NCBI GenBank assembly: GCA_963630025.1
Contig: CAVGKZ010000089.1
Span: forward strand, 14 to 64,013
Origin: a bacterium
Lineage (GTDB): Bacteria; Bacteroidota; Bacteroidia; Bacteroidales; Bacteroidaceae
Direction of reading: 5' to 3'
Length of the DNA stretch: 64,000 nt
Made by a program: the position numbers and the translations under genes. Shown piece after piece: positions 37,018 through 47,348 of the stretch. Numbering within the stretch: the stretch's first letter is position 1; every line of letters starts with the position of its first letter. The notes under the pieces were generated by a model. The model was not told where the DNA came from. It saw nothing but the letters and a program-made list of their open reading frames with translations, and did not search any database.

Positions 37018-38673
37018 TTACTTCATTCCGCAAGTGGGACACCACGGTTTGAGCTGCTGGAAGAAGTCGTTGCCCTTGTCGTCCACGAGGATAAAGGCGG
37101 GGAAGTCTTCTACGCGAATCTTCCAGATGGCCTCCATGCCCAGTTCGGGATATTCCACGCACTCGATGCTCTTGATGCTGCTCTGCGACAGTACGGCTGC
37201 CACACCACCGATGGTGCCGAGATAGAAGCCGCCGTGCTTCTTGCAAGCGTCTGTGACTACCTGGCCGCGGTTGCCCTTGGCTATCATCACGAGACTTGCA
37301 CCATGGTCCTGAAACTCGTCGACATACGGGTCCATGCGGTTGGCCGTGGTCGGGCCCATCGACCCACAGGGATAACCCTCGGGAGTCTTGGCCGGTCCGG
37401 CATAGAGAATGGGGTGGTTCTTGAAGTAGTCGGGCATCTCCTCGCCAGCGTCGAGGCGCGCTTTCAGCTTGGCGTGGGCTATGTCGCGAGCCACGATGAT
37501 GGTGCCCTTCAGGTTTACGCGGGTGCTCACGGGATACTTGGCCAGCTCCTTGCGCACAGCGTCGATGCCCTTGTCGAGGTCTATCTCGATGCCCTTTGTG
37601 CCTTCGCCCGGTTTGCGCAGTTCCTCGGGAATGAGTTCCGTGGGGTTGGAGTCCATCTTCTCCAGCCAAACGCCGTCCTTGGTTATCTTAGCCTTGATGT
37701 TGCGGTCGGCCGAGCAGCTCACGCCCATGCCGATGGGGCAGCTTGCGCCGTGGCGCGGCAGACGAATCACGCGGATGTCGTGAGCCAGGTATTTGCCGCC
37801 GAACTGCGCTCCGAGACCGATGCGGTGAGCCTCTTCGAGCAGCTTTGCCTCAAGGTCGGTGTCGCGGAAGGCACGACCTGTCTCGTCGCCCGTGGTGGGC
37901 AGATTGTCGTAGTACTTTATCGAGGCGAGCTTCACGGTGAGCAGGTTCTTCTCGGCGCTCGTTCCGCCTATGACGAAAGCTATGTGGTAAGGCGGACAGG
38001 CGGCCGTGCCGAGGCTCTTCATCTTCTCCACGAGGAATGGCAACAGTGTGCCTTCGTTCTGTATGGTGGCCTTTGTCATGGGATAGAAGTAGGTCTTGTT
38101 GGCCGAGCCGCCACCCTTGGCCACCATCACGAAGCGATACTCGTCGCCCTCTGTGGCCTCGATGTCAATCTGCGCGGGCAGGTTGCAGCGCGTGTTCACC
38201 TCGTCGTACATGTTGAGCGGAGCGTTTTGCGAGTAGCGCAGGTTGTCCTGAGTGAACGTGTTGTACACGCCACGGCTCAAAGCCTCCTCGTCCTCGAAGT
38301 CGGTCCACACGCGCTGTCCCTTCTCGCCGTGTATTATGGCCGTGCCGGTGTCCTGGCAGAAGGGAAGCACGCCCTTGGCAGCCGTCTCGGCGTTGCGCAG
38401 AAACTGCAGCGCCACATACTTGTCGTTCTCCGAAGCCTCGGGGTCGGTGAGTATCTTGGCCACTTGCAGGTTGTGCTCTCTGCGGAGCATGAACTCAACG
38501 TCGCGGAATGCCTGCTGCGCGAGCAGCGTGAGTGCCTCTTTCGACACCTTCAGGATTGTCTTGCCCTCAAACTCGCCTGTACTGACTCCCTCTTTTGTCA
38601 GCAGACGATACTCTGTTTCATCCTTGCCTGTCTGGAACATGGGTGAATACTTGAACTCTGGAATTGTTGCCAT
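37018..38673 (-). CDS. class I (Fe-S) fumarate hydratase, fused alpha/beta type
   Basis: 551 aa. The N-terminal catalytic region has conserved Cys residues (..FCQDTGTAI.., ..[16 protein letters not shown]..) and the C-terminal beta region reads ..GPTTANRMD... Confidence 0.85.
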   Translation of the reverse strand: MATIPEFKYSPMFQTGKDETEYRLLTKEGVSTGEFEGKTILKVSKEALTLLAQQAFRDVEFMLRREHNLQVAKILTDPEASENDKYVALQFLRNAETAAKGVLPFCQDTGTAIIHGEKGQRVWTDFEDEEALSRGVYNTFTQDNLRYSQNAPLNMYDEVNTRCNLPAQIDIEATEGDEYRFVMVAKGGGSANKTYFYPMTKATIQNEGTLLPFLVEKMKSLGTAACPPYHIAFVIGGTSAEKNLLTVKLASIKYYDNLPTTGDETGRAFRDTDLEAKLLEEAHRIGLGAQFGGKYLAHDIRVIRLPRHGASCPIGMGVSCSADRNIKAKITKDGVWLEKMDSNPTELIPEELRKPGEGTKGIEIDLDKGIDAVRKELAKYPVSTRVNLKGTIIVARDIAHAKLKARLDAGEEMPDYFKNHPILYAGPAKTPEGYPCGSMGPTTANRMDPYVDEFQDHGASLVMIAKGNRGQVVTDACKKHGGFYLGTIGGVAAVLSQSSIKSIECVEYPELGMEAIWKIRVEDFPAFILVDDKGNDFFQQLKPWCPTCGMK

Positions 38674-38791
38674 AACTATTTGTTTGTTTTATGCTTTGTT
38701 GGTAATTAAGTCGGTCGAAACTCTGTCTTTGCCATGCCTCTATGCAGTCGCACAATGAGGTTGACGCTCAAGGGCTGAGCGGTTGCACATG

Positions 38792-38799
38792 CAAAGTTA
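38792..38799 (-). promoter_or_regulatory. candidate -7 box TAacTTTG (minus strand) for the fumarase gene
   Basis: The plus strand reads caaagtta, 119 nt upstream of the ATG at 38673. Confidence 0.3.
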
Positions 38800-38892
38800 T
38801 ACATTTTATTTTATACAATGCCTTTCGCGTTTTCATTTATGAGTGGTTGGAAAGGGATGAAAGGTGGTTCTATAAATCGTCAACGTAATTTT

Positions 38893-38982
38893 GGATTGCA
38901 CCGATTTTGCCCAAAGATGTATGCAATCTTTGCCGAAAATGTATGCAATCTTTGCCAAAAATATATGCTATTTTTGAAGCTA
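38893..38982 (+). repeat. family B repeat (tandem ~22-bp units atgtatgcaatctttgcc)
   Basis: gattgcaccgattttgccc / aaagatgtatgcaatctttgcc / gaaaatgtatgcaatctttgcc / aaaaatatatgctatttttgaagc. It is preceded by ggtggttctataaat, the same string as the end of the 8945 element. Confidence 0.7.
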
Positions 38983-39268
38983 CTGCGTTTCAATAGGTTG
39001 CAACGCCCAATATTCTGCTCTGAAAAGCGGTGGAGACGTGATGGAAGTAATATCGTTTCAAAACTGCGAAAGCTGCCGTACGGATAGGGAGTCTGAGGCA
39101 GACTCTTCATGCATGCCGCCCCTTCTTGCGCAATGTCTCCAAAACAAATATTGTTATTTTCATTGGCCAAACGGCGGCGTATGGCATTTTTTCCATAACT
39201 TTGCACGATGACAGATGTGCAGATGGAGCAGGGCAGACCTGCTCCTGTGCCATTAAAAACGAAATAGG

Positions 39269-41041
39269 ATGAAAAAGAAAATTAAGTTCAGCCTTGTCTA
39301 TAGGGATATGTGGCAGTCGTCGGGCAAGTTTCAGCCTCGTAAAGACCAGTTGGAACGCATAGCTCCCGCAATAATAGACATGGGATGCTTCGACCGCGTG
39401 GAGACCAACGGCGGAGCCTTCGAACAGGTGAACCTCCTGGCAGGCGAAAACCCCAACGATGCGGTGCGCGCCTTCTGCAAACCGTTTAACGAAGTGGGCA
39501 TCAAGACCCACATGCTCGACCGTGGACTCAACGCACTGCGTATGTATCCTGTGCCGGACGATGTGCGTCAGCTTATGTATAAGGTGAAGCATGCACAGGG
39601 AGTGGACATCCCACGCATATTCTGCGGACTCAACGACGTGCGCAACATCATACCCAGCATCCACTGGGCTGCCGAAGCAGGCATGACTCCGCAGGCAACG
39701 CTCTGCATAACGACATCGCCCGTGCATACGGTGGAATACTACAGTGCCATAGCCGACCAGCTCATTGAGGCCGGAGCACCCGAAATATGCCTTAAGGACA
39801 TGGCCGGAATAGGTCAGCCCGCCATGCTCGGCGCACTGACCAAGGCTATAAAGACCAAACACCCCGACGTAATAATACAGTATCACGGCCACTCTGGCCC
39901 AGGACTGTCAATGGCTTCGATACTCGAAGTGTGCAACAACGGTGCCGACATCATCGATACAGCCATTGAACCGCTGAGTTGGGGCAAGGTGCATCCCGAC
40001 ATCATCTCCGTGCTGAGCATGCTCAAGCACGAGGGATTTGAGGTGCCGGAGATAAACATGAACGCGTATATGCGCGCAAGATCGCTCACCCAGGAGTTCA
40101 TCGACGAGTGGTTGGGCTACTTCATCAACCCCGGCAACAAGCACATGTCGTCGCTGCTGCTCGGCTGCGGACTGCCCGGAGGCATGATGGGCAGCATGAT
40201 GGCCGACATGGGCGGTATGCGCGACGTGATAAACAAGATAAGAAAGGGCAAGGGTGAGGCAGAGTTGAGCATGGACGATATGCTCGTGATGCTCTTCGAC
40301 GAGGTGGCTTATGTATGGCCTCGCGTGGGCTATCCACCACTGGTCACTCCGTTCTCGCAGTATGTGAAGAACATCTCGCTGATGAATCTGCTCACCATGG
40401 CGCAGGGCAAAGGCTGCTTCGTGATGATGGACGACTCGATGTGGGGCATGATACTCGGCAAGAGTGGCAAACTGCCCGGCAAACTCGACCCCGAAATCGT
40501 GGCGTTGGCCGAGAAACAAGGACGACAGTTCACCACCGAAGACCCGCACACCATACTGCCCAACGCACTGGACGGCTTCAAGGAAGAGATGGACAAGAAC
40601 GGTTGGGACTATGGCAAGGACAACGAAGAACTGTTTGAACTGGCCATGCATCCCGAGCAGTATCGCAACTACAAGAGCGGCCAGGCAAAGAAGAACTTCC
40701 TCGCCGACTTGCAGAAAGCGAAGGATGCAAAACTGGGCGCAAGCCTCACTCCCGAACAACTTTCGGCTCTCAAGCACGCAAGTGCCGACGCTATTGTGGC
40801 ACCATTGGCAGGACATCTGTACTACGAATTTGCAGGTGACGGCGAGTGCGCCAAGTGTCTCGAACCGTTTGTCGGTCAGAAATACAAGGAAGGCGATGTC
40901 TTCTGCTACATTCAGGCCAAGTGGGGCGAGATTGTTCCCGTGCCGTCTGACCTTGGAGGCAAGCTCGTTGAGGTGGGCGCAAAGCAAGGCGCAACAGTGC
41001 GTCGAGGCGACATACTCGGCTGGATAGAACGCGAAAAATAG
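39269..41041 (+). CDS. oxaloacetate decarboxylase alpha / pyruvate carboxylase subunit B-like carboxyltransferase with a C-terminal biotinyl-like domain lacking the canonical AMKM motif
   Basis: Carboxyltransferase TIM-barrel blocks (..HMLDRGLNALR.., ..ICLKDMAGI.., ..QYHGHSGPG..). The C-terminal ~70 aa has a biotinyl/lipoyl-type fold pattern, but with CYIQAKWGEI where EAMKM is expected. Confidence 0.7.
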   Translation: MKKKIKFSLVYRDMWQSSGKFQPRKDQLERIAPAIIDMGCFDRVETNGGAFEQVNLLAGENPNDAVRAFCKPFNEVGIKTHMLDRGLNALRMYPVPDDVRQLMYKVKHAQGVDIPRIFCGLNDVRNIIPSIHWAAEAGMTPQATLCITTSPVHTVEYYSAIADQLIEAGAPEICLKDMAGIGQPAMLGALTKAIKTKHPDVIIQYHGHSGPGLSMASILEVCNNGADIIDTAIEPLSWGKVHPDIISVLSMLKHEGFEVPEINMNAYMRARSLTQEFIDEWLGYFINPGNKHMSSLLLGCGLPGGMMGSMMADMGGMRDVINKIRKGKGEAELSMDDMLVMLFDEVAYVWPRVGYPPLVTPFSQYVKNISLMNLLTMAQGKGCFVMMDDSMWGMILGKSGKLPGKLDPEIVALAEKQGRQFTTEDPHTILPNALDGFKEEMDKNGWDYGKDNEELFELAMHPEQYRNYKSGQAKKNFLADLQKAKDAKLGASLTPEQLSALKHASADAIVAPLAGHLYYEFAGDGECAKCLEPFVGQKYKEGDVFCYIQAKWGEIVPVPSDLGGKLVEVGAKQGATVRRGDILGWIEREK

Positions 41042-41096
41042 GAATTCTTATCGAAAGATAGACAAAGGTGTAAAGATGTAGGCGCGGCAGACCACG

Positions 41097-41675
41097 GTGT
41101 GGTTTGTCGCGCGACATCGTTTTATTTGCAATAAAGTGGAAAAGTACATTGAAATAATCAACAAGTATTATCCCGACGACAACAAACTTCGCCGTCTGCT
41201 ATTGCGCCATAGCCGCGACGTGGCCGACTATGCGCTGGCCGTATGCGACCGCCATAAGGAGCTGAACATCGACCGTCGGTTTGTGGAACTTGGTGCCATG
41301 CTGCACGATATAGGCATTTTCAAAACCGACGCGCCGGGCATACACTGCCACGGAACAGACCCCTACATACTCCACGGCTACGACGGAGCGCAGCTGATGA
41401 GAGCCGACGGACTGCCCGAAGTGGCGCGCGTTTGTGAGCGACACACCGGTGCTGGCATCACTCTGCGGCAGATTGAGGAACAGCAGTTGCCCCTGCCGCA
41501 CCACGACTTCCTGCCCGAAACGATGGAAGAGAAAGTCATCTGCTATGCCGACAAGTTCTTCTCGAAGTCGCACCCCGACCGTGTGCGCACCGTGGAACAG
41601 GCGGCCAAGAGCCTTGCACGCCACGGCGACGACGGTGTGGAACGTTTCATGGAGTGGGCACGGCTGTTTGCCTGA
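41097..41675 (+). CDS. HD-domain phosphohydrolase (start uncertain: GTG at 41097 or GTG at 41136)
   Basis: H..HSRDVA.. and ..LHDIG.. (HD motif), ..CYADKF... No in-frame ATG lies near the N-terminus. Confidence 0.65.
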   Translation: MWFVARHRFICNKVEKYIEIINKYYPDDNKLRRLLLRHSRDVADYALAVCDRHKELNIDRRFVELGAMLHDIGIFKTDAPGIHCHGTDPYILHGYDGAQLMRADGLPEVARVCERHTGAGITLRQIEEQQLPLPHHDFLPETMEEKVICYADKFFSKSHPDRVRTVEQAAKSLARHGDDGVERFMEWARLFA

Positions 41676-41764
41676 TGCCGTAGAGAGCTTCGTTATGTGA
41701 GTTACAAGGGCTTTTGCATCGTGTTAAATTATCGAAAGCCTAATGCCATTCGTCATATTATAAG

Positions 41765-41772
41765 TAATTTTG
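41765..41772 (+). promoter_or_regulatory. candidate -7 box TAatTTTG upstream of the lptD-like gene
   Basis: Exact match 21 nt upstream of the ATG at 41793. This supports the internal start. Confidence 0.4.
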
Positions 41773-41792
41773 CAGCCGTGAGAAAAGAAGCA

Positions 41793-44672
41793 ATGACCGT
41801 TTTGCTGCTCTCTGCCTTCCTCTTTGTGTTGGCGGAAGTGCCGCGCACACTCCATTTTGCGGCAGACGGAAAAACGGAAAAGCCCGTTTCTCACGACTCC
41901 ATTGCGTTCGCCAAGGACGAGGTTCCCCACGATTCTATTTCTACAGACAGTCTGAAAAAGTTGGCCAAACAGGTTGACAGTACGCTTGTTGGCGGTGTCG
42001 ACACGACCAAGATGGACTCGCTTCAGCGCGCCATCTACCGTCACAACAAGGCCATAGACGACTCTCTCGCCCTGGACAGTGCCAACCGCAAGCGCAAAAA
42101 CGGTATTGACGCTCCCGTGTTCTACACCGCCGAGGACTCACTGACCTATGATGCGGCCTCTGGAATGACCTATCTTTATGGTAATTCCAACGTGAAATAC
42201 GAGAACATGGACCTCACCAGCGACCGCATATACATGAACCTTGACAGCAGCATCGTTCACGCTACTGGAGCTAAAGACACAGCTGGGGTAATCAAGGGCA
42301 CGCCTGTCTTCAAGATGGGAAGTGACACTTACGAGAGCGACACGATGGCCTTCAACTTCAAGACCAAGAAAGGCCTTATCAGCGAAGTGTACACCCAGCA
42401 GCAGGACGGCTACCTTACAAGCGAGCTGTCCAAGCGCAATTCCAACGGCGAACTGTTTCTCCAGCACGGCCGCTATACAACCTGCGACAGTCCGCACCCC
42501 GACTTCTATATAGCACTGTCACGCGCAAAGGTGCGTCCGGGCAAGGATGTGGTGTTCGGGCCGGCCTATCTTGTGGTGGCCGATGTGCCGTTGCCGTTGG
42601 CCATACCCTACGGTTTCTTCCCCTTCACCAAGAGCTATTCGAGCGGATTCATCATGCCTACCTACGGCGATGAGACCGAACGTGGCTTCTATCTGCGCGA
42701 CGGCGGCTACTATTTTGCCATAAGCGACAAGGTGGACCTCAAACTCATAGGTGAAATCTACACCAAAGGGTCATGGGGACTGTCGGCTGCGTCTAACTAT
42801 CGCAAGCGCTACCGGTACTCGGGTAGCTTCTACGCCAGCTTCCAGAACACCATCAACGGTGAGAAGAACATGCCCGACTACTCGAAACAAACCAGTTTCA
42901 AGATTCAGTGGAGCCACCGTCAGGATGCCAAGGCCAATCCTTTCAGAACATTGTCGGCCAGCGTGAACTTCGCCACGAGCAGTTACGAGCGCAACAACCT
43001 GACGAGTATGTACAATCCGCAGAGCTACTCGCAGACCACGAGAACATCGTCGGTGAGCATGACCAACACATTTTCGAGCATCGGCATGACTCTGAGCACC
43101 ACCATGAACGTGAGCCAGAACATGCGCGACTCTACCATTGACCTCACTTTCCCCGACATAAACATCTCCATAGCCCGCTTCTATCCGTTCAAACGCAAGA
43201 AGATGGCGGGAGCGCAGAAGTGGTATGAGAAGATTGCGGTGTCGTATACAGGACAGTTGAGCAACCGCATATCAACCAAGGAGAGCAAACTGATGGGTTC
43301 CAGTCTGTCGCGTGACTGGCGCAACGGTATGCAACACACCATACCGATAAGCGGAACCTTCACCGCGTTCAACTATCTTAACATCACTCCCTCGTTCACT
43401 CTGACCGACCGAATGTATACCAACAAGATTATGCGGTCGTGGGATGAGAAGAACCAGAAGGAAGTTACCGACACGGTGGACGGTTTCTACAACCTCTATA
43501 ACTGGCGCATGTCGCTCACGGCATCCACCACGATGTATGGCTTCTATGTGCCTTGGCGCAAACTGTTTGGCGACAAGATTATCGCCATCCGCCACGTCTT
43601 CAAGCCACAGGTGGCATTCAACTACGCTCCGGACTTCAGTGCGAGCCGCTATGGCTACTATACCACATATCAAAAGACCGATGCCAACGGCAACGTCTCG
43701 CTGGTTGAATACTCTCCATACTCCAACGGAATATTCAGTGCACCGGGCAGGGGCAAGACGGGAAGTATCTCTGTGGACATATCCAACAACGTTGAGATGA
43801 AACTGCGGTCGGACGACGACTCGATAGGATACAAGAAGGTGAGTCTCATTGACGAACTCGGTGCATCCATGTCGTACAATATGGCTACGGACATACGCCC
43901 CTGGAGTGACCTTAGCACCCGACTCAGACTGAAACTGACCAAGAGTTACACGTTTGCACTCAACGCCACGTTTGCCACATACGCCTATGTGCTCGACGAA
44001 AACGGCAAACCGTATGTCAGCGACCACGTCACCCGCTACAGCCAAGGCAAGTTCGGACGTTTCCAAGGCATGAGCCAGAACCTCTCCTATACGCTTGACA
44101 ACAAGAAAGTGGCCAACTTCTTCAAGTGGTTGCGAGGCGAGAAGGTGAAGAAAGACAACTCGAAGGACAACAAGAAGAGTGGCAGTGACGACGACTATGA
44201 ACGCGAGACAAACGAGGACAAGACGCTGCAGGACGCTCAAAAAGGTGCAAAAAAGGAGAGCGCAGGCAAGGCTGAGACCGACGACGACGGCTACATGAAG
44301 TTCAGCATCCCCTGGTCGTTGAGCTTCGGCTATGGCATTACCATGCGTGAAGACCAGTCGAAATCGTTCGATTACGACAAGATGATGTATCCCTACTCGT
44401 TCACCCAGACGCTGAATTTCAGCGGCAACGTGCGCATAAGTGACGGTTGGAACATCAGTTTCTCGTCGGGCTACGACTTTGAAAACCACAAGATTTCCAT
44501 GACAACGGCTTCTCTGAGCCGCGATCTACACTGCTTCAACATGTCGTGTTCGGTGGTTCTCGCCCCTTACACGAGCTACAACTTCTCTTTCCGCTGCAAT
44601 GCGGCCACTCTCACCGATGCGCTTAAATACGACAAGCGCAGTAGCTACAGCAACTCCGTTCAGTGGTATTGA
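41793..44672 (+). CDS. lptD: LPS-assembly outer-membrane protein, LptD/OstA-like (Bacteroidetes type)
   Basis: N-terminal signal/anchor MTVLLLSAFLFVLA, an OstA-like N-terminal beta-jellyroll region and a long beta-barrel-type C-terminus ending ..YSNSVQWY. The size (~960 aa) is typical. Confidence 0.65.
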   Translation: MTVLLLSAFLFVLAEVPRTLHFAADGKTEKPVSHDSIAFAKDEVPHDSISTDSLKKLAKQVDSTLVGGVDTTKMDSLQRAIYRHNKAIDDSLALDSANRKRKNGIDAPVFYTAEDSLTYDAASGMTYLYGNSNVKYENMDLTSDRIYMNLDSSIVHATGAKDTAGVIKGTPVFKMGSDTYESDTMAFNFKTKKGLISEVYTQQQDGYLTSELSKRNSNGELFLQHGRYTTCDSPHPDFYIALSRAKVRPGKDVVFGPAYLVVADVPLPLAIPYGFFPFTKSYSSGFIMPTYGDETERGFYLRDGGYYFAISDKVDLKLIGEIYTKGSWGLSAASNYRKRYRYSGSFYASFQNTINGEKNMPDYSKQTSFKIQWSHRQDAKANPFRTLSASVNFATSSYERNNLTSMYNPQSYSQTTRTSSVSMTNTFSSIGMTLSTTMNVSQNMRDSTIDLTFPDINISIARFYPFKRKKMAGAQKWYEKIAVSYTGQLSNRISTKESKLMGSSLSRDWRNGMQHTIPISGTFTAFNYLNITPSFTLTDRMYTNKIMRSWDEKNQKEVTDTVDGFYNLYNWRMSLTASTTMYGFYVPWRKLFGDKIIAIRHVFKPQVAFNYAPDFSASRYGYYTTYQKTDANGNVSLVEYSPYSNGIFSAPGRGKTGSISVDISNNVEMKLRSDDDSIGYKKVSLIDELGASMSYNMATDIRPWSDLSTRLRLKLTKSYTFALNATFATYAYVLDENGKPYVSDHVTRYSQGKFGRFQGMSQNLSYTLDNKKVANFFKWLRGEKVKKDNSKDNKKSGSDDDYERETNEDKTLQDAQKGAKKESAGKAETDDDGYMKFSIPWSLSFGYGITMREDQSKSFDYDKMMYPYSFTQTLNFSGNVRISDGWNISFSSGYDFENHKISMTTASLSRDLHCFNMSCSVVLAPYTSYNFSFRCNAATLTDALKYDKRSSYSNSVQWY

Positions 44673-44808
44673 TGCCCGAACGGGCTTTGCGGCTGTGCTT
44701 AGTGAACGTTACGGTTACATTCAGTAAATGTTATAGCTGCACTTGGCGGCCGTTGCGGCTGTACTTGGGAATATGCAACCGTCATTATACACAAACAGAT
44801 AAACTTAT

Positions 44809-47064
44809 ATGGCAGAACTTCCGGCTTTAGTAAAAGACCTTACGCTCATCCTCATTGTGGCGGGTGCGGTCACGTTAGTGTTCAAGCGGCTCAAGCAGCC
44901 CCTTGTGCTTGGTTACATTGTGGCGGGCTTTTTGGTCAGTCCGCAGTTTCCCTACACCGCTTCGGTAGCCGATTTGACCAATGTTGACATTTGGGCTAAC
45001 ATCGGTGTCACGTTCCTTTTGTTCTCCCTCGGACTTGAGTTTTCGTTCAAGAAGATACTCAAGATGGGCTTGGCACCGGTGGTTGCCGCCAGTACCATAA
45101 TCTTCTGCATGATGTTTCTCGGCATCGGCGTGGGCCACGGCTTCGGTTGGAGCCGCATGGACAGCATCTTCCTCGGCGGAATGTTGGCCATGTCGTCCAC
45201 GACAATCATATACAAAGCCTTCGACGACCTCGGACTTCGGCAGCAGCGGTTTGCCGGTATCGTGATGAGTGTGCTCATTCTGGAAGATGTGCTCGCCATA
45301 GTCCTGATGGTCATGCTGTCGGCTGTGGCTCAGGGCAACGACCCCGGTGGCGGCGAAATGGTGGGCATATTGCTGCGCATAGCCTTCTTCATTGTGCTTT
45401 GGTTTGTGGTCGGCATCTTCCTGATACCGCAGTTGCTGCGCCGGGTGCGCCGCATAATGACCGAAGAAACCCTGCTCATCGTGGCCTTGGGACTGTGCTT
45501 CCTTATGACGGGAGTGTCCTCTGCGGTAGGTTTCAGCAGCGCTTTCGGTGCCTTTGTCATGGGAAGCATACTTGCAGAGACCGTTGAGGCCGACAAGATA
45601 ATAAAGGTTGTGGAACCTGTGAAGAACCTTTTCGGAGCAATCTTCTTCGTTTCCGTCGGAATGTTGGTTGACATCCAGGTGCTTGTCAACTACGCTTGGC
45701 CCATCGTTGTGCTTGTTCTCACCATCCTTGTGGGACAGGCCGTGTTCGGAACGCTTGGCTATATGCTCAGCGGCCACCCGCTGAAGACCTCCATGCAGTG
45801 CGGTTTCTCCATGGCGCAGATTGGTGAGTTCGCCTTTATCATCGCGTCTTTGGGTCTGTCGCTCCATGTTGTCAGCGACTTCCTTTATCCTGTGGTCGTG
45901 GCGGTGTCGGTAATCACCACGTTTCTCACTCCCTACATGATGCGCTTTGCCAATCCGTGCTACTCCGCACTGGAGAAACGGTTGCCGAAGCGACTCATTG
46001 CCAATCTCAACCAAATGACTCTCACCGGCCATCTGTCCATGCCGGGCGACGGCAACTGGCGCAAACTGCTGCGTCAGATGGCTGTCAACACTCTTATCTA
46101 CTCCACTTTGTCGGTGGCTGTCGTTGTGTTGATGTTCACATTCGTGCTGCCTTTCATCCATAGCCTTATGCCCGACCTGCACTGGGCGGCCAACCTCATC
46201 TGCGGACTGCTTACTGTGGGTGCCATGTCGCCCTTTCTGCGTGCAATGGTGATGAAGAAAAACCACAGTGAAGAGTTCAAGGCGTTGTGGGCAGAGAACC
46301 ATTACAACCACGTGTTGCTCATACTGACCATAGTGTTGCGTGTGGCCATTGCCAGCGGCTTCGTGTTCTACGTTTGCAACTATCTCAGTCACTTTGCCAA
46401 CGCCCTCATGATAGCCATCGCACTTGCCCTGGTTGCACTCATGATACTGTCGCGCAGCCTCAAGATGGGCAGCATCCGCATCGAACGGATGTTCGTGCAG
46501 AACCTGCGTTCGCGCGACATGGCGGCTGAAGCTGTGGGACTCAGAAAGCCTCTCTTTGAGGACCACCTGCTCGACCGCGACCTTCACATGGCCGATATAG
46601 AGGTTCCGCACGACTCGCTGTGGGGCGGACAGACGCTGAGGCAGCTTGCCCTGCGCACCAAGTTCGGCGTTCACGTGAGCAGCATCCTGCGCAGCACCCA
46701 CAGGATAAACATTCCAGACGGCGATACCGAGGTGTTTCCCGGTGACAAACTTCAGGTTATAGGTACCGACAACGAACTTTCGGCTATGGCGAGTGCCCTG
46801 CGCACCGAACTCTACGGTGAAGACGCTGATGTGGAGCAGCGCACCATGCGCCTCCGTCAGATGATTATCTCTGCCAAGAGTGCCTTTGCCGGCAAGACAC
46901 TGCGCGAGAGCGGTATACGCGACAAGTACAACTGCATGGTAGTGGGACTGGAAGAGGGCAAGGAAACCTTGTCGCAGGTTGACCCGTCCCACCGCTTTGT
47001 CGAGGGCGAAATACTGTGGATAGTGGGCGAAGAGATGGCTCTTGAGGCCATAGCCAAGGCGTAG
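44809..47064 (+). CDS. cation:proton antiporter (CPA2/Kef-type) with two C-terminal RCK_C (TrkA-C) domains
   Basis: About 12 TM helices with Na+/H+ exchanger family blocks, then two ..G(K/Q)TL(R)..(L/I).. TrkA-C-like repeats (aa ~590-745). Confidence 0.8.
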   Translation: MAELPALVKDLTLILIVAGAVTLVFKRLKQPLVLGYIVAGFLVSPQFPYTASVADLTNVDIWANIGVTFLLFSLGLEFSFKKILKMGLAPVVAASTIIFCMMFLGIGVGHGFGWSRMDSIFLGGMLAMSSTTIIYKAFDDLGLRQQRFAGIVMSVLILEDVLAIVLMVMLSAVAQGNDPGGGEMVGILLRIAFFIVLWFVVGIFLIPQLLRRVRRIMTEETLLIVALGLCFLMTGVSSAVGFSSAFGAFVMGSILAETVEADKIIKVVEPVKNLFGAIFFVSVGMLVDIQVLVNYAWPIVVLVLTILVGQAVFGTLGYMLSGHPLKTSMQCGFSMAQIGEFAFIIASLGLSLHVVSDFLYPVVVAVSVITTFLTPYMMRFANPCYSALEKRLPKRLIANLNQMTLTGHLSMPGDGNWRKLLRQMAVNTLIYSTLSVAVVVLMFTFVLPFIHSLMPDLHWAANLICGLLTVGAMSPFLRAMVMKKNHSEEFKALWAENHYNHVLLILTIVLRVAIASGFVFYVCNYLSHFANALMIAIALALVALMILSRSLKMGSIRIERMFVQNLRSRDMAAEAVGLRKPLFEDHLLDRDLHMADIEVPHDSLWGGQTLRQLALRTKFGVHVSSILRSTHRINIPDGDTEVFPGDKLQVIGTDNELSAMASALRTELYGEDADVEQRTMRLRQMIISAKSAFAGKTLRESGIRDKYNCMVVGLEEGKETLSQVDPSHRFVEGEILWIVGEEMALEAIAKA

Positions 47065-47201
47065 GCATCAGATTGAGCGACGCTTTTCGGACTCATCCGA
47101 CATTCGAGTGATACGGCACAGAATTCCGGAAAGGCCTTTTTTTTGTCGATTGGACGGTGCGTTTCGTCGATGCCAGTTTCGCCAACTTGTTAAACTTGTA
47201 G

Positions 47202-47249
47202 AAAGCGCGGCGCAAGACCTCTGGCTAAGGTTTTGCGCCGCGCTTTTTT
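47202..47249 (+). terminator. strong intrinsic terminator between the antiporter and the MFS gene
   Basis: aaagcgcggcgcaa (47202-47215) and ttgcgccgcgcttt (47233-47246) form a perfect 14-bp stem followed by a T run. Confidence 0.65.
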
Positions 47250-47254
47250 GTTGC

Positions 47255-47262
47255 TACCTTTG
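47255..47262 (+). promoter_or_regulatory. candidate -7 box TAccTTTG upstream of the MFS transporter
   Basis: gcTAccTTTGcaccgc, directly after the terminator and 87 nt upstream of the ATG at 47349. Confidence 0.4.
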
Positions 47263-47348
47263 CACCGCTGAAACCGCGCACGGCGGCCTTCTGTAGGCGT
47301 ATGGCCAATGTCGTAATGCGCCGTTTTTATATTCAGGAACCCATCTAT

